From contig CAVZDC010000012.1 of the NCBI GenBank assembly GCA_963773925.1, positions 128,553-192,552 on the forward strand: a DNA stretch of 64,000 nucleotides, written 5' to 3'. This DNA comes from Pirellulales bacterium (GTDB taxonomy: Bacteria; Planctomycetota; Planctomycetia; Pirellulales; JADZDJ01). Both the position numbers and the translations under genes were made by a program. This document shows, one piece after another, positions 51,649 through 60,957 of the stretch. The notes beneath the pieces were generated by a model. The model worked only from the letters and a program-made list of their open reading frames with translations, was not told the origin of the DNA and made no database searches. The stretch's first letter is position 1, and each line of letters begins with the position of its first letter.

Positions 51649-52353
51649 ATGCGAATTCTGGCCATCGAAACCAGCGACCAATCGGGCAGCGTGGCGGCGC
51701 TGGAGGGCGGCCACGTGGTGGGCTGCTGTGACCTTGATCCGGCGGTGCGCAGCGCCGTTTCGTTGGCCCCGGCGATTGCTCAGTTGCTGGGCGATGTAGA
51801 TTGGCGGCCGCGCGACGTGCAGCTAGTTACAGTGGCCACCGGCCCGGGTTCGTTCACCGGCCTGCGCGTCGGCGTGACCACCGCCAAGATGTTTGCCTAC
51901 GCCGCGGGGGCCGAAGTTTTGGGCGTACACACCCTGGAAGCCATCGCTTGGCAAGCACCCTGGCAGACGAGGGAGCTTTGGGTGGTGATCGACGCCCAGC
52001 GCGACCAGGTGTTCGCCCGGCGTTTCTCAAGGAATTCGTCGGACGATTGGCAAGCTCAAGGGGAAGTTCTGCTGTTAGATAACGACGCCTGGCTGCGACA
52101 ATTGGCTGGCGGCGGGGCTGGGGGTTTGGCCGTCAGTGGACCGGCGCTGGCTAAACTGTCGGACCGCATTCCGCGCGACGTGACCATCGTCGACCACGCC
52201 TTGTGGCTTCCCAAAGCCGAGGCGGTCGGGCAGCTTGGCTGGCGATATTATCAATCGGGGCGCCGCGAAGATGCCGGCGCCTTAGTGCCGTACTATTTCC
52301 GACCCAGTGCGGCCGAGGAAAAGCGGCGTCGCATTCAGCCGCATGCGCCGTGA
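51649..52353 (+). CDS. tsaB: tRNA threonylcarbamoyladenosine biosynthesis protein TsaB
   Basis: Intact ORF: MRILAIETSDQSGSVA...VATGPGSFTGLRVGVTTAK. Confidence 0.85.
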   Translation: MRILAIETSDQSGSVAALEGGHVVGCCDLDPAVRSAVSLAPAIAQLLGDVDWRPRDVQLVTVATGPGSFTGLRVGVTTAKMFAYAAGAEVLGVHTLEAIAWQAPWQTRELWVVIDAQRDQVFARRFSRNSSDDWQAQGEVLLLDNDAWLRQLAGGGAGGLAVSGPALAKLSDRIPRDVTIVDHALWLPKAEAVGQLGWRYYQSGRREDAGALVPYYFRPSAAEEKRRRIQPHAP

Positions 52354-52372
52354 ACGGCCCGGTAAACAAACA

Positions 52373-52403
52373 GGCCGCCGATCGAGGTGTTCGATCGGCG
52401 GCC
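52373..52403. terminator. Perfect 13-bp stem-loop GGCCGCCGATCGA-ggtgt-TCGATCGGCGGCC between convergent tsaB and the Cys-rich gene
   Basis: Read directly. On the minus strand it is followed by TGTTTGTTT. A second 7-bp hairpin lies at 52422..52439. Confidence 0.6.
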
Positions 52404-52452
52404 AAACGCTTTGGTACCGTGTGCCGGAATCGTCCGGCATTGCCTGGCTCAA

Positions 52453-53310
52453 CTACACCAGGTCGGCTTGCTGGCAGTCGAAATTGCACCAATCGCGGCA
52501 CTGCGACAGGCAGTGCACGATATCGCAAGCCTGGGCCTGGCAGCACTTGCTGCAGCTGGTTGACTTGCACGAGTTGTTCTCGCAGCACACGCGAGTGTTC
52601 TTATCCGAGCAGGTGACCGAGCACTTGTCCAACGAGTGGCAGCGGTCGATGCACACATAGTCCGCGCCCTTGCCGCAATCGCAGCTGATTTTCTTGCACA
52701 CATCGCACCGGTTGATCACGCAGCAATCCTTGTCGGCGCCCAGCTTGCACTGGATATCGCAAGTGCCGCAGCACCGTTCAACCAGCACGTTGTCGCAGCC
52801 GGCTCCCGTATCGCAGCAAATCGAACCCTGGGTGCAACCGTTGCGATCTTTCTTGCCGTCGCAGCTCTTACTGCAGATGATTTGGCAGCAGGAAAGGCGC
52901 ACATCGTCGGCGCCATTTGCGCCGTTAATGCCGAGGCCTGCCGCTTCGCAGTTGCAAATCTGCACGCAGTCGTTGCCGTTGCCTCCGCAAACGCAAATGC
53001 ACTCGCGAACGCAGCAGCCGTCGATCTTCACGCTGTCGCAACCGTCCTTCATGTCGCACTTGATGGCGCACACGTTGCAGCAAGTGAAGCAGTCGCAGCC
53101 GTTCACCTTCGTGCCATTCAAACCACGGACTTCGATCCTCCCGTCGCTGCATTGGCTAACGCAAATGCAGTTGTCGCATTTGTCGCCTGTGATGCACAAA
53201 TTCCCATTCGTACAGGCGCAACAAACGTTGCCCGCCATCATGGCCCGATCTTCCAGGTGCTCAAACAGCAGGCTCCGCCCAGGCGCGCGCACTTTCAAAA
53301 GCCTTTCCAT
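52453..53310 (-). CDS. Hyper-cysteine secreted repeat protein (285 aa, 56 Cys), paralog A of the triplet
   Basis: ATG 53310 with GGGAGG upstream, inside ORF 52453..53634. Leader MERLLKVRAPGRSLLFEHLEDRAMMAGNV. The body aligns with the two upstream paralogs. Confidence 0.75.
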   Translation of the reverse strand: MERLLKVRAPGRSLLFEHLEDRAMMAGNVCCACTNGNLCITGDKCDNCICVSQCSDGRIEVRGLNGTKVNGCDCFTCCNVCAIKCDMKDGCDSVKIDGCCVRECICVCGGNGNDCVQICNCEAAGLGINGANGADDVRLSCCQIICSKSCDGKKDRNGCTQGSICCDTGAGCDNVLVERCCGTCDIQCKLGADKDCCVINRCDVCKKISCDCGKGADYVCIDRCHSLDKCSVTCSDKNTRVCCENNSCKSTSCSKCCQAQACDIVHCLSQCRDWCNFDCQQADLV

Positions 53311-53909
53311 CACACACCTCCCGTCACAGTGAGAAGAATTGGAGAAGAGAAACCCGTTGCTTCTTCTCAGTTCCGTCCGGCGGCACAGGCGAATCGAATC
53401 GCCCGAAGCCGTTACCGCTGCGCGTCTTCCCTTTTCCGAAGTGGCGGCCGGCTTATGCGAGCCGCCCGGAAGAAGTACACCCAACCCGAAGGCGTAATAT
53501 AGCGATTTGGGAAGATAAGGAAAGATAAATGATATGTTAAGTATGTGACGACTAGTGGCTTTAGGCGTTTCACGATGGCAAGTAAGAGTTGATTGAATTG
53601 ACCTAACTTGCTTCCATAACTTAAGATATGTCAATTACAGCACGTCCCAGTTGGAATCCAACGCGGCTTGCCGGCCGATCTATTTGGCAGAAGAAACGTG
53701 CACATTTCTCGCTTAGACGACGTCGTTCCTTAGGTCGCCCTACCGGAATCGAAAGCCGATAACGGATTGTTAGGAGAAATGATTGCCCACGCCGACAATG
53801 ATGGCGTTGCTGCCGTTATCGTTAAACAGCCCCGTTCCGCCAGCACCTGACATCCGCGCGGCCGCGCTGATCGCCTAAGGTTCAAACAGCTTTAAGCGGC
53901 GGCTCATGC

Positions 53910-55352
53910 TCATCCAATCACGTGCTCAAAGCCGGTGTCGGTTTCACTGCCGGGCGGAAAATGGTTGTGGCTTTTCACTAGCGTGTCGCCAGTGCCGTCG
54001 CCGCCGTCGAAGTTCTCCACGTCCGCCGTGCAATTAATCACCGTCAAGGTTTCGTTTTTGCCCGCGCCGAGCGTGACGTTCATTGAATCGAATTGGCGGT
54101 TAACCACGGTGTTCAAAAAAACCGCGTCTGTGCCTCCGCCCGTGTCGATATTCAGATCGCCGGTGATGGTCGAGTTCACCAGGCTCACCGTGTCCTTGCC
54201 GTCGCCCATCGCAATGCTGAGGGTCCCGGCAATGAAAAGCTTGTTGAAGCTCAGCACGTCGTTGCCGCCATTTCCGTTGATGTAGGAATCAGTCGCGGCA
54301 GTGACATTCGAAACCGTCACAACGTCGCTCCCCGCACTAAGGTCCATGGAGAACTCTTCGCCCGTGCTCTTGGAGTTAACGACCGTGATCACGTTGTGCG
54401 ATGAAGCCGGCCCCACTGCGTCGACGTAGAGCTCGCCCACCGAGGTGCAATTCGTAATGGTGGCTACATTCTTGCCCCCGGCGACATAAACGATAATCGC
54501 CTCACCGGCATGGAGGCCGGAAATGGCGACGGCGTCGTTGCCAGGGCTAAGATCAAAATCGATGTAGTTGCCCGTCGTGGAATTGGTGCCGACGACCGAA
54601 TTGTTGCCGTAAGTATCTTCCACCAGCAGCGCATTGCAAGACAGCCCGGAGAATTGCACCGCGTCATTGCCATCGCCCGGATCCTCACCGGTTACCACGT
54701 TGATGGCCCCGTCGGAACTGCAATTTCTGACAATCGCCGCGTCGCTGCCGTTGCCGGTTTGCACAGTGATGTCATCTTGCCCGAAACAGTTGGTAACCGT
54801 CACCACATCGTTGCCGCCCGCCGTAATGATAGCTAAGCCGAACGCCGTGACCTTGTTCAGCGACACAGTGTCACGGCCATTGCCGGTGGTAACGTTGCCG
54901 AAGATCGTCGTCGTGAGCACGACGTTATCAAGCGTCACCACGTTGTTGCCGGTGGAAGCTTGCTCAATCTGGAATGTTCCAACGTGCAAATTCGCCAGTT
55001 GCGTGGTCTTCGAACCTTGAACCCCCGGCGTGTAAAAAATGTTTAAGTTGCCGGTAAGAGTTCCGTTTTGGACCTTCAGCACGTCATTGCCGGCGTTCAG
55101 GTAAATGTCGATTTCGTTCACCCCGGGAAACGCTTGCGCGGAATTGCTGCCGTTCACCTTCGTGCCGATGCCCTTCACCTGCCAGTCGCCGTTCGCCAGT
55201 TGCGAAACTTGAATGTTGTTCGCCGCCGCATCTCCCGTGATTTCCAAATTGTCGACGACCACCGAGGCCGTCACGTTGCCGGCCAACAGATTGCGGTTTT
55301 CCAGTAATTCAAAGCTGGCTTGACGATTCGAGAGTGCGCCGCGTTTTTTCAT
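53910..55352 (-). CDS. Secreted repeat (beta-solenoid-like) protein, paralog B (480 aa, 5 Cys)
   Basis: Intact ORF. Leader MKKRGALSNRQASFELLENRNLLAGNV. About 17 repeats of about 22 aa (e.g. IITAGGNDVVTVTNCFGQDDIT, IAMGDGKDTVSLVNSTITGDLN). C-terminal module FDGGDGTGDTLVKSHNHF...GFEHVIG. Confidence 0.75.
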   Translation of the reverse strand: MKKRGALSNRQASFELLENRNLLAGNVTASVVVDNLEITGDAAANNIQVSQLANGDWQVKGIGTKVNGSNSAQAFPGVNEIDIYLNAGNDVLKVQNGTLTGNLNIFYTPGVQGSKTTQLANLHVGTFQIEQASTGNNVVTLDNVVLTTTIFGNVTTGNGRDTVSLNKVTAFGLAIITAGGNDVVTVTNCFGQDDITVQTGNGSDAAIVRNCSSDGAINVVTGEDPGDGNDAVQFSGLSCNALLVEDTYGNNSVVGTNSTTGNYIDFDLSPGNDAVAISGLHAGEAIIVYVAGGKNVATITNCTSVGELYVDAVGPASSHNVITVVNSKSTGEEFSMDLSAGSDVVTVSNVTAATDSYINGNGGNDVLSFNKLFIAGTLSIAMGDGKDTVSLVNSTITGDLNIDTGGGTDAVFLNTVVNRQFDSMNVTLGAGKNETLTVINCTADVENFDGGDGTGDTLVKSHNHFPPGSETDTGFEHVIG

Positions 55353-55440
55353 GGAGGCACCTGTTCAGGGAGGCCGAGTTAGCGGGTCGAGCTAGAAGTG
55401 CGGTTCTATTGTAATTGGGAGTTCGCCGTCCGTACAAAAT

Positions 55441-55471
55441 CACGGCCGTTGGATCAACTCCAACGGCCGTG
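55441..55471 (-). terminator. Perfect 13-bp stem-loop CACGGCCGTTGGA-tcaac-TCCAACGGCCGTG between paralogs C and B
   Basis: Read directly. On the minus strand it is followed by ATTTTGTA. Confidence 0.55.
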
Positions 55472-55507
55472 TTCGCTTTCAATCTCTTAAAACCCAGGAC
55501 TCTCGAA

Positions 55508-57122
55508 TTACACCACGGTCTCAAAACCCTGGTGGTATTCCGAACCGAAATTGTTGTGGCTGCGGACCAACACGTCGCCGCTGCCATCGCCGCCGTCGAA
55601 GAAGGCATCGGAAGCCGAGCTATTGATAATCGTCAAAGCGTCGTGGTTGCCGCCGTCCAATTCAACGCAAATATGGTCGGCTGCCAAAGCATTGATCGCC
55701 ACGGCATCGGTCCCGTCGCCGGTGTCGATAAATGCTTTGCCGACAACGTTCACCTTCACGATCGACACCACGTCGTTCCCGCGGCCGGTGCAAATCGACA
55801 GGTCGGTCACCCAGTCGCAACGCTCTTGCTGGCCGAATTTGCTGTTGGAAATCGCCACCGCGTCAGCACCGTCCAGGCTGCTGTCGCACAGGTCGGTCGT
55901 GTCGATCTTCGCAAAGCAGTCGGTGCACACGAAGGCTAGCGCCACCGCGTCGTTCTGATTGCCCGTATAGATCAACAGCGCCCCGCACTCGAAGCAGCAG
56001 CACTCCCAATTCTGCTCGACTTGCGTCGTCACCACGTCCGGCGTCAGCCATTCCTGTTCCTGCTGGGCAGCGTACACGTTCACCTTGGTCAGCGCCACCG
56101 CGTCCACACCGTCCTTGACCGAAGTCGACGATGGCGTGCTTGGCGTCACTTCCAACATCCGCCCTTCGCACGGGCAGCATACCTGGCCCGACGTGTCGAT
56201 CTGTAGGAACCCGTACACCGTGGTCGTGGTGATCGCCACCGCATCGTTGCCCAGGCCGGTTTCGATGCACAGACCGCTGGCCTCGCTGCCGCCGTCCTGC
56301 AACGGCTGCAGGCTATAAACCATCGGCTGATTGCCGAATCGCGAATTCACAATCGCCACGCTATCGACGCCGCTGCACGTGTCGATCGTCGTTAGGCAAT
56401 CGATCTGCACTTTGTTCAGCGCGATGGCATCCACCCCGGTGCCCCCCACGATGTTTGCGCCGCATTCCTCGCGCGGCAGCGTGCATTCCAGAATCTCGAA
56501 CCCGTCCGGAAGGTCGCTATCGTCGGGTTGACCGGGGGCTCCAACCACTGAGTCATTAACCATCGTCAAGGCGTTCGCCTTCCCGTTGCCTAACTGAACC
56601 TGCAGGGCGCCCAAAATCTGCGTGTTCGTAATTGTCACGGCGTCGGTGCCGCCGTAGGTCTGAATGCCTAAATCGTAATTGAAATGGCAACTGTTGATCA
56701 CAATCGCGTTGTTCCCCTCGCCGCCGTCGATGGCGGTTTCCCAATTCACGGTAACGCTTTGTACCAACAGCGCGTCGGTCCCGGCGCCCAGCAAAATTCC
56801 TAACCCGACGTCGCCGCTCTCGCCGTTAATCGTCAAGTTCTTCAAAGTCAGCGAATCGTTGCCGCTCCCCATGTCGACGAAAATGCCGTCGGGGGCGTAG
56901 AAGGTTTGCGCCGAATTGCTGCCGTTCACCTTCGTGCCGCGCCGGCCACCTTGTAGGTGTCGGGGGCGGTCTGCGTGATCGTAATCACATTGGCGCTTCC
57001 GTCGCCCAGTACGATCAGCGCTCCGCTGCCGGCATCGGCCGTGACATTACCGGCCAACAAATTCGCGGCTCCAGCGATTCGAAAATCCGTTGCCGCTTGG
57101 GAAGTTTGACCAGGTCTTGCAT
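55508..57122 (-). CDS. Secreted repeat protein, paralog C (at least 19 Cys; two frameshifts near the N-terminus)
   Basis: ATG 57122 with GGAGAGG upstream: MQDLVKLPKRQRIFESLEPR, slip, NLLAGNVTADAGSGALIVLGDGS...YKVAG, slip, then ORF 55508..56929 (GTKVNGSNSAQTFY...). Cys clusters QVCCPCEG, NWECCCFECG and FVCTDCF. Ends FDGGDGSGDVLVRSHNNF...GFETVV. Confidence 0.7.
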
Positions 57123-57370
57123 AGTTGCACCTCTCCGTGATGGTGAAGAAAAACTTCGATTATTGCCTCCGTGTGGCTGCGACGTGCGCGTGGGTAGTTG
57201 CGCGGGAGCCTCAGCCGGCATGTGCCTCGTTCTCTGCAGCCATCTTCTCTGTCGGGGATAATGCATCGCCCAACGCCGCAAATTCGTTGGTGCTTTGCAC
57301 GCAACCGGTCCGGTCGCCCAGCGATGACCAGCGAGTATATCGAGCAACCTTCGAAATGAGAAGTTAGGGA

Positions 57371-57400
57371 AAATAAAAAAACGGTGCCGACACGCAGCCG
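57371..57400 (-). terminator. Probable intrinsic terminator after cls (6-bp bulged GC stem, then T7AT3 on the minus strand)
   Basis: Plus strand reads AAATAAAAAAA-CGGTGC-cgacac-GCAgCCG. Confidence 0.45.
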
Positions 57401-57500
57401 TGAAGATCGGAAGTCTGGGTAGACAACAAACGCCAAACTCCACCGGTTCCCCCCTTTTTTGCAAAGCACGTACTGCGGCCTACCCAAGGTATTGATTCGC

Positions 57501-58970
57501 CTAGAGATATGGCGAAAACAGTCGCGCCACTCCATCGCGCAGGCGAACGGGCAGCCATCGGGCGTCCACGTCGGCCAACGTTACTTCAGTGGCCGTGCCT
57601 CGTTTTTCTTCGATCTGGCTGTCAATTTGCTGCGCCAGTTGGCGATCGTAAACCTCGACGTTGAACTCGAAGTTCAATCGCAGGCTGGCGCATCCCAATT
57701 GCCCGAGCCCAACAGCGTCCAAATTCCGTCAACCGTCATCAGCTTCGTGTGATCGAACGGCGACGGCGTAACCCACACGCGGCATCCGCCCAACAGCACC
57801 TGCCAGAGCGTAGCCTGCATGGCCCACTGCACGGTGCGCAGGTTCCCCTTCTTGGGCAAGATGATGTTCACTTCCACGCCGCGCACCGCCGCCACATTGA
57901 GCGCCGCGATGAGCGCATCGTCGGGAATGAAATACGGCGTGACGATCGACACCTTGTTTTGCGCCACGCCCAGCGCGCCGATCAGTCCCAACCGCATATG
58001 CCCCAGATCTTCGTCGGGCCCATAGCGAATTCCTCGGCGCCAGCATTTCGCCGGCCGACCCCAACGACGGATACCACGAATCGCCCGAAAGCACTTCGGA
58101 CGTGGTGAATGCCCAATCTTCGGCGAACACTTCCTGCAATTGTGCGACCACTGGCCCGCGCAGGCTGAAATGCACGTCTTTGGTGAGTCCTTTGCAATCC
58201 AGCTTGAGCCAGCAGCCCTCGCGAATATTCATCCCGCCGGTAAAGCCCACGGCACCATCAACCACCATAATCTTCCGGTGGCTGCGCAAATTAAAATACG
58301 CCACATACCCAGGCACCAGCGACCGCATGAAGGTTTCCGTCCGCACCCCCGCGGCCCGCAATACTCCGACGATCGAAGGCGTGGTGTAGCGCGAGCCAAT
58401 GTCGTCGATCAGCACGCGAATTTCCAAGCCGCGCTGATGCGCGCGCACCAGCGCCTCCGCAAACATCTTGCCCACCCGATCGTTATCGAAGATATAGCTG
58501 GCCAAACTAATCGACCGCTGCGCCGAATCGATGGCCGCCAGCATCGCCGGATACGCTTCGTCGCCGTTCATCAGCGGCATCTATCAGGTTGCCGACCAAC
58601 AGCGGCCGGTTCGTCACGTTTTCGATGAGATGCACCAGTCGCAAAAAGTGACGCCCCTCGGCTGCCCAGCATCTGCCTGGTCTGCTCGGGCGAGGTGGCA
58701 TGCTCCGAAGCGGCCGGCTCCGATTCCGGCTGGCCGGCGCATCAGCGTGGCCCGGCGATGAATTCGATTGATGCCGAACACCCAATAGAGCAGGGCCCCC
58801 AACAAGGGCGTCAGCAAGATCAGCCCCACCCAGCCGATCGTCGCCCGGCTGTCGCGCTTATAGAGTACGGCATGACCGACCGCTGCCAGTTCGATGACCA
58901 GCACAGCGGCACCGGTGATATGCGGCCAGAAATCGTGCAGGAACTGCGATATGGCAAGCGGGGCTGTCAT
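57501..58970 (-). CDS. cls: Cardiolipin synthase (phospholipase D family, two HKD motifs; at least 3 frameshifts)
   Basis: ORF 58614..59060 (TM helices, GWVGLILLTPLLGALLYWVFG), ORF 57729..58580 (HRKIMVVDGAVGFTGGMN), ORF 57674..57997 (DHTKLMTVDGIWTLLGSGNWD) and ORF 57501..57722. Confidence 0.8.
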
Positions 58971-59164
58971 AGGCGCAGATTTTTCACGCAGGCGCGCCAG
59001 ATCGCAGCGGCCAAATGCGCAGCCGCCGCGCCCTGTGGCACTCGGGCGGCCAGCGAACATTCACCAACCGTGAAGCGGAACCGACTGCGCAGGAGCACAC
59101 GGCTGGGGAAATTTTCCCCAGCACTGCTTGGATGCTTTGCCGGCGAAGCGCTAGCGGAATCGGC

Positions 59165-59377
59165 CTACTGGGGCGTCACCGATGCCGCTCGTGGTCCCTT
59201 TCCCTTGTTGCCTCCTTGTGTATCGAGCGTGAATTCCACCTGCTGGCCGACCTCTAAATTGTCGAACCCTTTGTCGGCCACCGTCGTGTGATGAAAGAAC
59301 ACGTCGGTGCCGTCTGTGGTGGCAATGAATCCAAAACCTTTGTCCTGCACTAACTTCTTGATGGTACCCGCCGGCAT
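59165..59377 (-). CDS. cspA: Cold-shock domain protein
   Basis: ATG 59377 inside ORF 59165..59503: MPAGTIKKLVQDKGFGFIATTDGTDVFFHHTTV. Confidence 0.9.
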   Translation of the reverse strand: MPAGTIKKLVQDKGFGFIATTDGTDVFFHHTTVADKGFDNLEVGQQVEFTLDTQGGNKGKGPRAASVTPQ

Positions 59378-59858
59378 GCGAAACAACTCCCTGGCGCAAT
59401 TGACCCAAACCGTTTCAGCCCGGCGTGCGCCGTTTTGTCGCCGGGTCTGTGCACCCCCAGCTTCCGCGCGCCGCAGGTTCATTCCAAACGATGCGCGGGC
59501 CAAGGCAACTACCGGAGAAACTCTCTCCAGCTCGATCGGCCGACCGCGGTTGATCGCCAGCGAACAAATGTCCTATGGCGAATTGGTCCCTCGCCGCAGT
59601 CGTGCCAAATCGTCGGGCATAGCCTACGGTCGATTGCGGCAGTTATCAAGTCGGACGCGAAATTTTTTGCCCGCAGCACGTTATCGTCGCCAGCCGAGCC
59701 GGAGCATTCGCGTTATACCGGGCGGCTCGCTCTGAGCCGGGCCGTCCAAGCAGGTCCTGGTTCGAATTCAGCCCGACGGCGATTGCTCTGCCTCCGAGCG
59801 GTCTGGCCCCTCGGAGGAGCGGTAAAAAACGGCAGCCGAGTGGGGATTCCAGAGATAC

Positions 59859-59885
59859 AAAAAAAACGCCCGGCCGTGCGGCGGG
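59859..59885 (-). terminator. Intrinsic terminator after the 59974..60783 gene (GC stem, then T8 on the minus strand)
   Basis: Plus strand reads A8-cg-CCCGgCC-gtgc-GGCGGG. Confidence 0.6.
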
Positions 59886-59973
59886 TTGTTACACCCAACC
59901 GCATGACCGGGACGCTCGCACAGGGAAGGATATTTAAGGGCTGCTTTGCGACACATACACCGCAACCACAACT

Positions 59974-60783
59974 TTAGTTATCTTGCTCGTCCGCCATCGG
60001 CTCCTTGGCAATCTCGGCCTGAGCATCGGCACTCAGCGTTTCGGCGGCCGGAGCTGCAGGAGCTTCCACTGCCGGAGCGGCTGGCTTGGTTTCCACCGGC
60101 CGAACTTCGGCAAGCTTCACCATCAGCACGTTATTGCTCTTGTTCGTCTCGCCAATCTCACGATGGCTGTCGACGATCGCTTGCAGCATCGGCATGCCCG
60201 GACGAATCGCTTCGATCGGCATCCGAATATTGACCGCCGCCACTTGGAAGGCGCCGATCCCGCGAACCCGCACGGCCGCAGGAATTCCGCTGCCGGTCGT
60301 CGGATCCGCAATCGCCACCAGCGACAGGCTGAACGGACGATTGATCGATGCAAAGCTGTTGTTGCGGAAAGTCACACGGAACATCGGGCCCATGCCGCCA
60401 GCGGGGTTGCCGCCGTCCAGCATTTGCACGCTGAGCACTTGCAGGTCGAAGTCATCGCAGAAACCCCAGCCGCAATATCCGTAATCGTAGCAGTAGTGGC
60501 AGCGATGGTAGCAGCACTTGTCGTGGCACTTGTCCTGTTTGCAGTCCGACGAAAACGATTTCGACGGCTTGTTGTCTTGCTTAAAAGCAATCTGCTTGTT
60601 GGGCTTGTTGTTGATGAGGTTCGCGGTCTTCGGCTGATTGTTGTTATTGTTGCTGAAGAACTTCTGGGCGAAGCTCTTGCCGCCGCCGTTGCCGCCGCCA
60701 AAGCCCTTGGCTCCGGCAAAATTGACCGCCGCGAACATCGAAACCAACGCCATCAGACCAACGCGAGTGAATCGGCTAAACAT
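59974..60783 (-). CDS. Secreted hypothetical protein with Asn-rich linker, Cys/His/Tyr-rich knot and an Ig-like (CARDB-like?) C-terminal domain
   Basis: Intact ORF. Signal peptide MFSRFTRVGLMALVSMFAAVNFAGA. Then NNNNNQPKTANLINNKPNKQ, and DCKQDKCHDKCCYHRCHYCYDYGYCGWGFC. Confidence 0.6.
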   Translation of the reverse strand: MFSRFTRVGLMALVSMFAAVNFAGAKGFGGGNGGGKSFAQKFFSNNNNNQPKTANLINNKPNKQIAFKQDNKPSKSFSSDCKQDKCHDKCCYHRCHYCYDYGYCGWGFCDDFDLQVLSVQMLDGGNPAGGMGPMFRVTFRNNSFASINRPFSLSLVAIADPTTGSGIPAAVRVRGIGAFQVAAVNIRMPIEAIRPGMPMLQAIVDSHREIGETNKSNNVLMVKLAEVRPVETKPAAPAVEAPAAPAAETLSADAQAEIAKEPMADEQDN

Positions 60784-60957
60784 GACCTATCTCCTGTACT
60801 TCGCTGTTTTTCTGTTTCGGGCCAAGCAACGTCTCTGGTCCCTCCAAGGAGATAAGCGGGGACCTGTAAGCAGATGTTACAGGCCCTCCGTCGGAAAACG
60901 CGGAAAGTGAATCCGCACAACGACTTAGAAAATCGCGGCTGCGAGCACCCCGGGGCA

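Noticed and set aside
53770-53853. 27-aa minus-strand ORF MSGAGGTGLFNDNGSNAIIVGVGNHFS between paralogs B and A, faintly resembling the C-terminal module (..GDG.GD.LV.SHN.F) of B and C
   Set aside because: It is too short and too weakly similar to call. It could be a decayed remnant of a C-terminal module once attached to paralog A, but I cannot support that from sequence alone.
59378-59858. Unannotated gene in the 480-bp gap upstream of csp
   Set aside because: No frame gives a protein-like translation. Long structured 5' leaders are normal for cold-shock genes. The hairpin CCTCCGAG-N11-CTCGGAGG (59791..59817) may belong to that leader.
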